Below, piece after piece: positions 50,701 to 64,000 of a stretch of DNA of 64,000 nt. Origin of the DNA: Lama glama (taxonomy: Eukaryota); contig CM052817.1 of the NCBI GenBank assembly GCA_028534125.1, forward strand, positions 69,256,001 to 69,320,000, in the 5' to 3' direction. Within the stretch, counting starts at the first letter, position 1, and each line of letters begins with the position of its first letter. The position numbers and the translations under genes are program-made. The notes below the pieces were generated by a model, which had not been told where the DNA came from, did no database searches, and saw only the letters and a list, made by a program, of their open reading frames with translations.

Positions 50701-53700
50701 GACATTTTTGTGTGTCTGTCCCCTGCTGAACACTGGACTCTGCACTTCTTATTTCCCACCGCTGTACACTTCAGACCATGCTCTGTGCTTCTTTCCAAAG
50801 AGCACTTCTAAAGCACGCACCTTGGCTGGAATTCAGGGGAGCGCCACAGAGCACACAGAGGACCTGCTTCACTGGGAGGCCATATGGAAAAGCAATACAA
50901 CTCTATGACAGGAAGAGGAAAAAAGATCAAAATGGAGAGGAAACAATGGTGACTGTAAGCAAAAATAAGCCTTCGGTCTCCACCCTGGAGAAGCCTATGA
51001 GTGTTCAACGGTGTGAGCTGTGGGTTTAAGGAAAAGCAAAGCAAGTTAGCAAGTTAGGGGGTCTAACAGACACGTGACTTACAGAGCTCAAAGAGTCGGA
51101 TGTGGAACGATCTCATAGATCAGGGAGTAAGTGGCAGAGTGCGCACTGGCTTGCAGAAGCCTGGAGGAGACTCCCACCGCCAGCTTCTGCAAGTCTGTGT
51201 CCCTGTGCGCCAGCCACGTACTTGCTGGCATGTGGAATAAGGCAATGCGCTCCTTTTTGACACCAACCTCAGAGTTATTCTTCATGTATTTTAATCAACT
51301 ATATTATTATGGCAAAACTATCCAACCAACATTTCAGATATTCCCAGGAGAATGGAGGTTGGAGAGAAGTAGAAACCAATGCGGCAACATTGTATCAATC
51401 TAATTACGGAGCAAAATGTATGTAAGTAATTACTGCCAGGGGTGTGGCAAAGACCTGAGACTGTCATCCTGTAGCAATTTGTTTCAACCTTTCTATCACC
51501 TCAGTATTAAATTCCACTCTTAGGCTATAAAAGCCCCTCCACAAGGTGGTTCTTACTCGCCTTCCAGTCCGCTCTCCTACAGTGTCCTCCTCTCCTTCAT
51601 CCTAGTGATCATCCTAGTTATAGAGACCTAATGCTGCCCCTAAAGTTGCCATGATATGTCAAGTTCCCTTTATTTGCACTGTTTATTGTCTAAAATGTCC
51701 TTTTCCATCTTATCCATTGACTTCTGAAGGTTTCCAAGAGGCACCTCAAGGGTCAGTTCCTATTGGTACCATTAGCCCCTTTGCCCCTCTCCCTTATCCT
51801 CCTCCTCCATCTTCCCACCCCTACCCCAGGCATATAAAACAGACCATATACTTCTAGTCTGACCCTTGTCATACTTAGCTTTCCTCCTATTGCATGTTGA
51901 GTTCCTGTATGGTGAGGGATACAGTCGATGGCGTCTAGCAGGCATTCAACAGAAACTGATATAGTAGATGTTGTCAATGCCCCACCCTGCTCACCTTAAC
52001 CTGCTGGGACACCCATCTTCAGCTGCTAAGAATAACGTGAGCTAATAGCTGCCACCTGACATGTTCAACCTTCTCAGGAAAACTGGTCTTGGCAGACAGG
52101 AGCCAACTTCTAGGGAATGTACCTTTGAGACAACTGATTTTATTACTTGACTTAAATTGCATTGAATAACTTGTTCAAGGGAAGCTAACATTTGAGTTTA
52201 AGTCTCTATTACTGCAAAGTCCCTGTTCTACCAATATATCAAATGTCCCTAATAAAGTTGTACGTAATAACTGTGTGACACAGAAATATATATATATACT
52301 ATATATATATATATAAAATATATGCATAATATACAGCATACATAATAATATCTATATCTGCACTCCAATTTACTCCATGAGTCTCAGTATCTCCATCTGG
52401 TAAGTGGGGATAACTACCCCATAGGGTCGTTAGGTGGTTTAAAAGTGAGAATGGGTAAACCACTCACCATATAATTAATGTTCAACTTCCAGTACCCAAC
52501 AATACTGAATAGAGTATGTTGACAATCCACTGTATAGACAGCAATGATAAGATAGAAAATTAAGTTGATTGTCTTGTATTTGTCAGGGAATCCACTCAAG
52601 GTGAAGTTCAATAAGACCAAACTTCTATCAGTCAGAACCTCTCGGTGGTGACTTGTGTTTGTATTAGCTTATAGTAAAATGTGAATTTTGAATCTGCATA
52701 CTCATAAACCATGGAAAATCAGGCTTGTTGTAATTAATGCTGTGCTTACTACTGGGTTCATAAATTCGCTCGTACTCAAGATGACATGTTAATCTGACTT
52801 TTGTAAATCTGAAAAAGAGAGGAAGCTGGAATGGTTTCCCCCACTAGACCATTCGTATTAGGGACGTTTTTTCCAGGTCATGTTCGGACAAGGTCTGCAA
52901 AAGGTATCTGCCTGCTTTTGTAGACCAAAGAAAACTGGGTTTTATTTTGAGTATATTGTAAAACTCTTTCTTTCTGTCAAAACATTCAAACAAGCTGTAA
53001 AGGGAAGATGTGGAGAGGTCCGAGACTGTTTCATCATCTGCAAAACTGAGAAGCTTTAAAACTTGGTTGCAGTTTCAGAATTCTGTCCATTCTAAAGTGA
53101 GCTCTTTTTTTCCCCAAAATATAAACAGTAAAAATAAAAGCTCACTGCTTGATTAAATTTACCTAAAATAAACTCTTCCTCCAGATTCGGCCCTTCTTCC
53201 CACACCACCCTGAGGAGAGAATGTGCTGACAGCCCGGCTGGGGGGCCGGGGAAGGCCAAGTGGCAAAGCAAAGCACGAAGGAAATGGTTCCAAAAGAAAG
53301 CGATTCTCACCTCCCCGAATTCGAGTTGCCTGAAGTCAGCGGCAATAAAGCTCAAGTGTCAGAAAGCAGGAACAGTTTCTTTGCCTTGAGTGAAATGTAG
53401 GCTATTTCCAATGACTGGGAATTAACGCTTTTTAAGCTACTGTAGTCCAAAAATGTTGTCATTTCAGAGAATGGAACAGCCACAGGAAGTGGGCCACACA
53501 GAGTGAGCCTAGGAAAAGAGAAGGATATAGACTCCGTCTCTGCCAAGACGTAGAAAAAATTGCCTAGAAAAGGTCAATCTGATTTAGAGGGGATTTATTG
53601 AGATTTTTTGTTTTTCCTTTTTTTTTTCCATTTAAGCTCTCTCTAACTTTGCATGGCTCACTGCAGAACAAAGAAAAACAGCATATTTGGCTTTATTTTC

Positions 53701-55019
53701 CCAGGATGTGAAATGCTTTGGCAAACAAAGCTTCGAGTGAATTTAATCAGGCATTTGAAAGACTGCCCATATTGAAACCAAGCATCTCAATATAAATTGG
53801 TAAAAATATTTTGATACACCCTTGATAGTTATCTTCTAAACTCAATTATTATGATATACCACCGCAGGCTCTTGGTAAAATCTTAAGAAAACCACAAGGG
53901 AAAAAAAGCCTTCAGCTTCTATATTTGTGAAGTGTGGTTTTGTTTTTTGTTTTTCCAACTTTGCTTGGTCCTTGTCACAGGCACTTTACTAATTTGTATA
54001 AATCCCAGATGAGAAAATGAGTGTGTATATGTAAGAGACTCTCAAAAAGTAGGCTGAGTTGTAAATAAAATTGGGTGTATTGGGATATATTTGACTAGAT
54101 GGAGGACTTACTGTGTGTAAACAGACAGGGAGAATACTTAAAAATACCACAAATTTTTGGTAAGCTATGAAAGCAGGAATTGCTTTATCAGTTGACACTT
54201 TTTTTTAGCATTCAAGTATTTCCTGGTCTTCGTTTTCTCAAGAAGTACTAATTTGTGATTAATTAAATTTTATCTTTTCACATTTCTTCTGTAAAAATTG
54301 AGCCCCTAGCACTAATAGTTACATAAGGATTTGGTCAGTCATGTTATTTTGCTCCAATTTGGGTATTAAACACAAACGTTTCTTAATGTATCAATCACAA
54401 AAACTTCAAATTGGAAGGAATTTTAGAGAACATCTCTTTCTGCTCTGTGATGCCCTACCATTGACTTCAGTGATTCTCCATAATGAGTGACTCTCAAGCA
54501 GATCCTGCAGTTCCATTAAGTGTATACGTTGTTGAGGGAATCCGCTTGGCTGTTAGTTATTTCTCCCTCTGACAAGCCAGAGATAAGGTGATCTTAGAGC
54601 CTTCTTTCCAGGGCAGGGATTCTTTTTGCAGTGTCTTGGGCTGGAGGTTATCTCAGCCACAGCTTGTCCACTTCTAGTGGCAAGGAAGTCACCGGCTCTG
54701 AAGAAAGCCTGCTCCAATTCTAAATAATTCAAATTCCTTCACAAATAAAGTGTTTTCCTGGCTTGAGCCTTGGCCCCACTTCCTGCCTGCTGCCTCTCTC
54801 TCCTCCTTTCCTCAAGCCTCCCTCAAGGACGACCCACTGTCACCGCCTCCCCTCCCCTCCTCCTCTTCAGCTCACAGCCAGCTGTTTCCTCCATGCTGCA
54901 GACAGTGACCGTTTTAAGTATATGTGTTAGGGGCTTGTATTTTTTTAAATAAAAATTTAATGTAAATTTTTAAATAAAACATCTTATTTGAAATATGAAG
55001 ACTATACTTTGTAAAAATG

Positions 55020-55700
55020 AAAAAGTCTTTCTAACACTCACTATTGGCCACTGTATGGGGAAACAGATGCTCATTTCCTACTTGTAAGAACACGTACCAA
55101 CACGACTTTTTTGGAAGGCAACAGAGAGCAAAGCAAACTCTAGCTGCATCTAATCTTTGACTCAGGAATCCCATTTCTGGGAATTTATCCTGGAGATAAA
55201 CTCCCAAATACGGGAAGAAGTATGCATTCAGGAGTGTCTTTGTTGTAGTAACAACAATAACAAACATCTCAACAATGGCAATGTAAATAATAACAAAAAC
55301 AGGAAACAACCCAAATAGCCATCATCAGGGGACTGAGTAAATTAGATATGGAAAATCCACACAACAGTGCAATATGCAATCATTAAAAAGGATGCAGTGG
55401 TTTCTGCTAATAGAAAATACATTTCCAATATAGCTTCTTAGATTAAAAAATTAGCAAAGTTTAGAACACTGCACCTAGCAAGCCCCCTATGTATGTGTCA
55501 ATGTAGTCTATAAAAGCATATGTATATAAGTGTACATATATGCATAAAATATTTCAGGAAGGACAGTCTAGAAACCATATTAGGTGGCAATGTCTACAGA
55601 ATAGAACTAAGGTGAGGGAGATGAAGGGTGGTCTGAGTTGAGAGCCTCACTCGATATTTTTATCCCTCTGTGCTGTTTGTATTATTTACCATGTTATGTG
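55020..55700 (+). mobile_element. Old L1ME-like 3' end
   Basis: aatcccatttctgggaatttatcct...ggaaacaacccaaatagccatca. Confidence 0.75.
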
Positions 55701-55799
55701 ATCTCTTTTATAATAACAAGTAGTAAAAAGTCCTTTAAGTTTTTGCCCACACACAGTCTGCAGAACTACTCTGCAGCTTAGCCTGTGGATTTGACATTT

Positions 55800-56380
55800 C
55801 CCATTTCCTTACCTGAAAGAGTTATGTAATCTTAAGACGTGAAAAGTCCAGAGGCCTTTTTCCTTTTACGGATCATTTATTAAAATGTTGAACAAAAGTT
55901 ATATCAGCCCTGATCCCTGAGAACCTCACTATTTACCTTTTCCAACAAGAAAATGTCCATTTATCACTACCCTCTGTTTCCTATTTCTGAGCCAATTTCC
56001 TATTTGTGATGAAACATTTTCCCCAGTTCCATAGTGACCCAGTTTTTTCCCAATGGCTATTGATGCAGAACTAGGTTAAAGGTGTTTGAAAGTGCAAATG
56101 AATTACATTTTCAGTCTATCCTTTATCCACAGTCACATGTGCATATTCTTTTAAGGGAATGTATGACGTGGTCAGCTACAATTTCCCCTTATGGAAATGA
56201 CATTGCCTTCCCCATTATAGTTTAAATATCCAATGATTCCATTTTTATTTTTAATTTTTACTAATTTGACCACCTTCATAATTTGATCACTTTCATGAAT
56301 GTGAAATAGGTTAGTGCATATTTTCCCAGTCCTTTCTGGACCTCTTTTCATAGATGGATGCTAAATTGATCATCAGTGAA
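55800..56380 (-). mobile_element. CR1/L3 LINE reverse-transcriptase fragment
   Basis: Minus-strand translation gives RKQRVVINGHFLV..VNS and LLFNILIND, matching the CR1 RT pattern RKQRVVING...SGVPQGSVLGP.LFNIFIND. Confidence 0.8.
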
Positions 56381-59300
56381 GCCTTACAGTTTTGGTATTT
56401 GTCAATTTAATTTCCTCATTCTGCTCTCTGACATTTGAACATTGAGAATCTTCAAAATTTTCAGTATATACAATCTACTTCTAATTATTTGCAGCTAGTT
56501 GGCCAATTAGACAATAGAAGTTTACATAATACTGGAGGAACAAGAATGTGAGACATTGATCTCAGTAGATATTTACTGGGAATAAAGTATGTGCCAGACA
56601 CTCTTACTGTTGCTGGGAACATTTTGTGAACAAAACAGTCCTGGTCCCTTTCATTATTGCATTGTTAAGCTTATAGCTCAATGGACAAGACAGATATTTA
56701 TCACATAATTACAGAAATGTATAGTGACTAACTTTGATAAATGCCATAAGAGAAAAATAAATGCACAGAGCTATGAGAGAATGTAATTCATCTAGGAGTG
56801 AGGTGCTATGTTGGAAAGATTGTGAACCAGGTTCAGACAAAGGCTGAACCATCGTCAGTGGGTACACTCACTCGGCTGTTTAAGAGCCCAAGTGTACTTG
56901 TCAGCTTTCTTCTGAATACCTGTTAAAGAGCTAGGCTTATTTATATGCCTACTTTTTCCTGATCCAAACACTGCCACGACCCTGATCATGGTTGAGTGCC
57001 CCTACCAACTTCCTCCCTCTTTACCTCTCTCTCCTGGTTTGCTTTATCCACGACCAGGAGCTCCGTATTTCTTAAGTGGGTATAGTAACAGATCATGGCT
57101 CTTATTGCTTGAGAAACCAAGCCCTGGTCTTCACACTTTTAATCCTAGATAACACTTAATTTTAAGTAAGCCATTCATAACGATAGCTCAGCAGAAAGGC
57201 ACAAACTTCTTGACCTCACAGGAATATCTCTTCCCAAATATCTGGCTTACTGCCATTAATTTTGTCCTTCTAAAACCAACTTGGCACAGAAATCTTTCCC
57301 TAAAAATTCGGTGTAGTCACGTCTCAAGCAAAGAACATATTCATGTATCTTCTGGCAGCTTTTTAAAAACCATCTCTAAGCCAATATTTGATTCCTGAAT
57401 ATAGATTAACAAACCTTTGTCTCCTATTTGTGGTGAGAAACTGCCTATAACTGTTTTTAAACAGGGTTTTATGTCTTTTTTTTTACCGAGTATGAAAAGA
57501 AAACCGTTTTTTCCACACTTAAATTTTCATGTAAGAGTCTATAAATGACCAGTCATGTTCCTAAATATGCTAGCCCCGATGAGACATAACACAAATGAAT
57601 TTATAGGACAGAAAAAAAGGAAATTCCTATGTCCTGAATGTGCCAAGGTAGATATTGTAATAAATGGCATTTATGCAAAAACGCCCCCTCTGAAATGTTT
57701 TCTTTTTCCCTCCATCATGTCCATCAGGGTTACTAATCTCCACTGTTCTTCCTTGGCCTATTGTCTCTTGATTTTCTTTTCCTTTCCAGCCCTCAGCCCG
57801 CTGGGGCCTTTGTTCCCTCATGCTTAGACTATTTCAGGAGCCTCCCTGAACTGCTCACCTGCTTCTTCTCTCTTCCCTTCCCAATCAACTGACCAGGCTC
57901 CTGGATTAACCTTTCCAACATGATGCTCTCCTGAGTGATCCATTACTGCCTCCCAGAGAAATGAGACATGCCTTCACTAACCATGTGAGACCCTCCTCAT
58001 TCTGCTTCTCACTTCTCTCTCCTGGTTTACCTCTCGGGATTCTTCAAGATCTCCTAAGTGCCCAGCTCTGTTTAACACTTTGTAACCACTTAATAAATGT
58101 TGGTAAATGAATGAATGTGTGCTTTTCCTTATATCCCCCATTCGTCCTACCAGCATTGTCCTTACATTTCTCCCATATACCCAAATCCTAAACTTCTTTT
58201 AGGCCTGCTTTTATAAAACTCACAGTGATTTCTCTGCAGTGATGTCACCTTCCTATGAACTAATGGGCTTCACCCTTTCTTTGGAAAATAATGTTCCAAT
58301 TTAGATATAGAAGATAAAAGCTAGAAATGATCTCCACTAAATTTCCTCAGCCTGGCAGAATACAATATGGGTTTGGATGTTAAAAAAAAACAACCAGTTA
58401 AAATCTGAACACTTTTATAGGCTCACTGTTGTAATAATATCACTGGTGACCCAAACGTCTCTCTCTTTTTTTTTTTTTTTTATGAGTCTATGACTCACTT
58501 CTCTCTGAGCAAAAATTCTGGCCAAAAATACAGAGAGGAAAAATTGTTTAAAATTGCTACATGAAAATGTAAATTATCTGCCTGGATTTGTGGGCACTGC
58601 AGCCTTCAAATAAAAGTGTGTAGGGATATAAGTAGAATGAGTTCAAAGGAATCTTCAGATGTGTGAAGAAATGTATACTCTATGCTTTCCCCCACCCCCA
58701 AGGAAACAGTGCACTAGCCAACTCTTTTTTTGTGGATAGACTGGGGGGCATGTAGTATAGGGTCATACATTTTAAGTTTGCTTGGATTTTAAGTGAGCCA
58801 TTCAACTCCTGGTGTGTCTCATTTCATAAAGATAATTATATCCTGCTCTTCCCACCAGGCCTAGAAGGAGACATTTTACCTCCTGACCTTCTCCTCCCCC
58901 AGGTATTCAGATGTTTGAGTGGGGATAAGGATGATAAGGCACTCTTTCCAGATTCTATGCCACATCAAACAAAATAACCCCTCTCGAACAGGATTTAGAA
59001 AAATCTACCTTTACCTGTGGTAAACCCCCTATCCTGGATTATGCACCAGAGGAATGAGCAAGGTGCCATATAAACATAAAGTGATACACCACTGCTCCCA
59101 CCCACTGCCATCTGAAGGCTCTGTCTATGTTATAGCTGGGGTCAAGTCACCACTTGGACCAAAAGCATTATGTGACTTCCCATTTGGGACATTACAGACA
59201 GACTTTCCATAAGCCAAACTATCCAACTTACCATTTAAGACTTTCACCATGTGGTTCCCACACACCTGATCAGCCTCCCCTCTCACTACTTTCTCACTTC

Positions 59301-59899
59301 ATCTCACCAGACTCTATATTCCCCTGGACACTGTTTCATGAATCTGTGTGTTTTTTAATGCTATTCTCTCTACAAGAATGTCTCTTTTCTGAGTGTTCTT
59401 TGCCTGTTAAAGTCCTAAGCATTCTTCAAGTTTCAACCCGATTTGCACTTCCCTGGCAAGTCTTCCCTCAGTCCCACTGTCAAAGTGATCTCTCCTTTTC
59501 TATCTCCTGATATTTTACAAACACTTTTATTTTATTTAAGCCACTGCAACTTTGAGTCTGTTTCTTACACAGCTTGGGCTAAACCCTAACTGATACAATG
59601 GCCTTAAAAGTTTAAGGCTCTAAAAGTTTAAGGGTCAAGTCACTGGCATTTTGAAACAAATACATCACTTGCCACTAAATGTTCTTTCACTATTCTTCCT
59701 ATACTACTGATATATTTTCATCGTATAAAATTGCTATGCCAAAATTACCATAAATAATGTTGAGTGTGTGCTTTCATTTTCCCTCCTAGGCCACAAATGT
59801 GGCTTGGCTTCATCACATCTGTCTGTCACCTGTGGTGCCACACTCATGGGAGTTGGTTCTGTCTCTTCAGCTTTGCTGTTCAACCAGCCTGAATTATTA

Positions 59900-60700
59900 G
59901 TATCTTATGAGTAACAGCCTGAGATCATAAAGATGAAAGGATATGTTCACTGTCCATAGAGTTCATAGTCCAGGGACTGGAGATACTGCATCTAATCCAA
60001 TGTGGTGAGAGCAATCCTACGATCTACACAAGACTCAGGGAGTACAGAGGGGGGAGGATTAATTCTCCCTGGTTTTGAAGGTCAGGAGGTGGTAAACCAT
60101 GAACTCAGTGAGTGCTTGAACTGGGGAATTTCGCTGTGGACAATAGGATAAAAGGAGGTCCAGGCAGAGGGGACATCATGTACAAAGGTGCAGAGTTTAG
60201 TGGCAGTGTGGTAACCTCAGGTTATTCGGTGCTGATGGAGCTTAGGCAATAAGGATCAGCATGGCAGGACACAGGCCAAAGACACAGGCTGGAACTACAT
60301 CATAAAGGGCCTGATTCACTATACCAAGTAATTCACACTTCAATTTTTAAGGTTACAATAAACACTTAATGATTCTAATCAGAGGAGTCACATAATTAAC
60401 TTTGTATTTGGAAGAGACCAAGGCCAGAGGAAGAGATACCAATTAAAAGGCCCTGGAAGGTAATCTAAGAAAGTTGAAGAGCACCAAAACAGAGTCAGAA
60501 GAGAGAAAGAAACTGAACAGGGGCATGCTAAAAGTAGCAACAAAAGGTCTTGGAGGTGGGCTTTATGTAGGGTGGATCAGAGAGTATGGCTGACATAAAG
60601 CCTGGCTTTTAAGATCTGGTGGCTGGTGGTGGCAGAAATAGACCGTCAGTTCAGCACTGGACAAGCCGAGTTTGAGGAATCCGTGCTCACCTTTGATATG
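59900..60700 (-). mobile_element. L2 fragment
   Basis: Degenerate antisense L2 (gtccaggcagaggggacatcatgtacaaaggtgcagag). Confidence 0.65.
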
Positions 60701-60999
60701 CTCATGCTGTTCCCCTAAATGGCTTACTTTTAAAGCTATGATGGGGGTAGAAATAATAAGAAAGAGTAGGGAAAATGAATCCACATAATGCTCTCATTCA
60801 TTTGTTCTGATTCCAATGTTCAAGCTTTTGGGATGCTAGGTTTTGAAACTACAAAAATAAAACTGAATATAAAGAGAAAGAATAGTTTTCCTTCTCATAA
60901 TCTTCAATATACTTCTTTCTGACTCCCAAATGGAAGCCTTTCCAATCAGTCCTCTTTCTGTTGCAGGCAGAATAAGAGGACTGGTACTTGCTAGATATT

Positions 61000-61200
61000 A
61001 AAGTTTTACAGAAATTACATTTTAATTCCTATAATAAACCTACACAAATCGGTATCATTACCCCAGTTTCACAGATGAGAAACCCAAAGTTCAGAGAAGT
61101 TAATAGACTTTCTCAAGTTTCCCCAGCTGGTAAGTGGAAGATGCTATGTATAAATCTGTGACTGTCTGGTTCTTAAGTCCATACTCCTTCCATTACACAG
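61000..61200 (-). mobile_element. MIR SINE (other MIR fragments at ~12430, 14310, 34500, 38530 and 52370)
   Basis: MIR core ccccagtttcacagatgagaaacccaaagttcagagaagttaa. Confidence 0.85.
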
Positions 61201-63503
61201 TGTTGATTACTCAAGGGATATCTTGCTCCAAAAATCAGACTCAGGAAAATAGTTACGAGAAAACTAAATAAAGGGTCTCTCTGTTCCTTAAGTTATAACA
61301 CACTCTAAAAAGCATTATTGTACAGAAGCATTTCAAAGTCAACTTCAGAAATGATCACACCTGTCTTATTCTATCCAAGAAATCCTTTTGATACTTTGAT
61401 GAAGCTAAATGAAAAACTAACCAATCAAATAATACATGATCAAGCAGAAGAATGCAATAGTTACAAAAAAGTCTTTCCAAATCTAAGTGGAGTTTCACAT
61501 CTACCAGTTGGGAAGTACTCCACACATAATCCTTTAACTGGACAGTCAAACTGCCAAGGCTAACTTCCAACCCTGAGAGAGGTCTCAGTTCTAACAGAGC
61601 TGAGGTAACTGCAAAAGACAGAAGATTTCTCTTGGAATCCCTGTATTAAAAAATCAAAATGCCTTTAAATCAAAAACAAATACCACTTGATTGACAGATT
61701 ACTATATTACATTATATAGCATTCTCTGTTCATACTTATCCTATCCAGCAAAGCACAGCAGTACCTTGCTTTTGTTCCTGGGAAACTTCAAAGTGCCCTT
61801 CACGTGACCATGGAACGAGTGAGTGGTAAAGAACTGCTTGGAAAGAAGTTTTCATTCCCTTAATAGTCCTAACCACACTACACAACACATGTCAAAATGT
61901 TAAAGAGAACAGAAACTCCTAATGCTTTGTGCAATGTATACAGTTCCTGAGCTTTGATGTTTCTGTTTCTGCCCCTTTAGCTGTACAAAATTGTCTGTTT
62001 TTTTTTCTTTTAAATCTTTTATGTCTCATTACTGACCTGTCAAACATTATTTTAACTTAAAGAGTAGCTGATGCCTTGCAATAAACCTTGAAAAGCCCCC
62101 TGTTTAAAAATAATCTGCCTTTATACTATACATATCTAGTGTGGTTATGTTTTTCTTACAGGAAACATGTCACTGTGAGAAATCTTATAAACAGGCTTTT
62201 AGGTCAGAACAAATGTAGCCACAGAAGAGGCCAGACTCAGTCTCCTCCACTGATGCTAGGTGCCTCGTGTCTCAGTGGGTTAAAATGGAAATTTAGAGCC
62301 TTTGGAAAGCTTGCGGGAAGTCAAAGCACCTCCTCATTCTTTCAGGCTTCCCTTTGACACCCCACATTATTCTCTTAACGCCACTTTCCTATTACTCACT
62401 TTCACAGAGGTAAAATGACTACCTAATTCCCAATTGTTCCCTTTAGAATGGATTGCACATCTCTCAGGTATCATTTTGTTTGGCTCAGTAGAGATCATTC
62501 CCCCCCCCCACCAGCAACTCCCACTTTTTTTTTTTTTTTGGCTGTTTGGCAAGCACTGACTTGATTTCCCTTCCTTCCCCTTCCCCCTGGCCAGTTTCTG
62601 TCCCCCTCCGGAACTGACTGTTTGAAGTATTTCCCAACAGCCTCGTTGAGGAGGAGGTAACAATGCACAGAAATGCTGTGTGACTTAGTGAGCTTGAAAG
62701 GTCTGGACATCAGAGGGAAGGAAGTGGGGGATCTGCATAAAAGAGGTTTTCTTCATGGTTAAACTGAATGGAATTGTTTGGGAGGAAGTGATACATGTTC
62801 CCATTCATGGGTGGTAGGGTTAGACTGAGAGGCAGAAGGTAGCAGGAGATACTATAATTGGACTCCCTCACAAGTGTTTAAAAGCTGTTGCATTATCATC
62901 AGTGGCACTTTTCCCATTTATATCCTGCAATTGTTAGTCATTGTTTATGAGAATACTATAGTTTTTGCCTTGTATTTTCCTTTTGCCGTTATAAGAATTA
63001 TTTTAATTGATGAACAGGCTGAAGTCACAGTTTTCAGAATCAATCTTGTGTGATACCTTAGAGATAGCAAATAACATTCACGGAGCTGATGATAGATAAG
63101 GGTGCTTTTTAAACAATTCTGAATAAAGCATATACTTTGAATAAAAATGCACTGATTGTTATTAGAAACCGCGGGTTAATCTATTTTCACCTACAGTTTC
63201 CCGTATTTTATTTTTAGGATTCCTAATTAGAAGATTCAAAAATAGAATTTTAAAAACAGTGCCTGTGTTTGAGTAATTTTCTTTAGTGTTCTGTGCCTAA
63301 TTTCCCCACTTTTCAACTGCAAGAATTCTTCAGATCTCAGGATAATTATCTCCTATACCCTCAACCTTTCTAAATTTGACAGCATACCTTACCCAAAAAG
63401 AGAAACTTTGAGTGAAATCAGGGTCACTGACTGTGCCTGAATCACATCTGAATGCATTCTCTTTTTTTGTTTTTGCTTTTGTTTTTGCCAATATTTTATT
63501 TAA

Positions 63504-63743
63504 TTTTTTTATTGAGGTATAGTCATTTTCATTGTAGGTTACTATAAGATATTGAATATAGTTCCCTGGGCTATACAGAAGAAATCTGCTTTTTGTCTAT
63601 CTTATATATAGTAGTATTTGCACATCTCGAACTCCCAATTTATCCCTTCCCACACCTTTTCCCCTGGTAACCATAAGTTTTTTCATTATGTCTGTGAATC
63701 TGTTTCTGTTTTGTAGATGAGTTCATTTGCGTCTTCCTTTTAA
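63504..63743 (-). mobile_element. Short L1 3' end with a long TSD
   Basis: Antisense L1 3'UTR flanked by tttgtttttgccaatattttatttaa at 63478-63503 and 63744-63769. Confidence 0.9.
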
Positions 63744-63924
63744 TTTGTTTTTGCCAATATTTTATTTAACACTGCAGGATGAATACATTCTCTTTAACTC
63801 CATACATCATGGAAGAAGTTTCTAAACCATTCCTCAATATTGCCTACTAATTAAATTTGATATTTTCATTTTGAATCTAGAACTCTAATGTTAAAGAATT
63901 TGTCAGATGAATGCTATAGTGAAA

Positions 63925-64000
63925 CGAACATACAAGGGCTCAATTTCCATAATATATAAATAGCTCATACAACTTAATAAGAAGAAAACAAACAACCCAA
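63925..64000 (+). mobile_element. Start of a 5'-truncated L1 ORF2 fragment that runs off the window
   Basis: acaagggctcaatttccataatatataaatagctcatacaacttaataagaagaaaacaaacaacccaa. Confidence 0.8.

Noticed and set aside
1..64000. CRISPR array, operon, prophage or other prokaryotic system
   Set aside because: The sequence is mammalian and repeat-rich, with no regularly spaced repeats or dense ORFs.

Overview
This is AT-rich mammalian DNA, very probably from a camelid: it carries a Vic-1-like tRNA-derived SINE and a young L1 with intact target-site duplications. There is no intact protein-coding gene, RNA gene or CRISPR array. The ORF-track entries are chance ORFs, L1 ORF2 remnants, N-gap artefacts or fragments of the fossil described next. 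A large part of the window is interspersed repeats (L1, L2, CR1/L3, MIR, MLT/MaLR LTRs, Tigger, MER5A, MER94), and there is one 500-N scaffold gap that appears false. The main signal lies in the repeat-free intervals from about 48.6 kb down to the window start. On the minus strand these contain an ordered series of exon-like blocks with canonical AG/GT ends, several phase-compatible junctions and long frames broken by scattered stops and frameshifts. I read this as the fossil of a very large multi-exon gene (unitary pseudogene). Hand translation repeatedly gives degenerate P-loop NTPase motifs in the canonical order (up to about six modules) and possible PD-(D/E)xK nuclease-like segments, resembling Crinkler/RHS-type NTPase+REase proteins. 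The family call is by eye only and needs a profile search. Candidate enhancers lie at about 48.3, 51.2, 53.3 and 54.6 kb. Repeat family names come from recalled consensus sequences and repeat boundaries are approximate unless a TSD is given.
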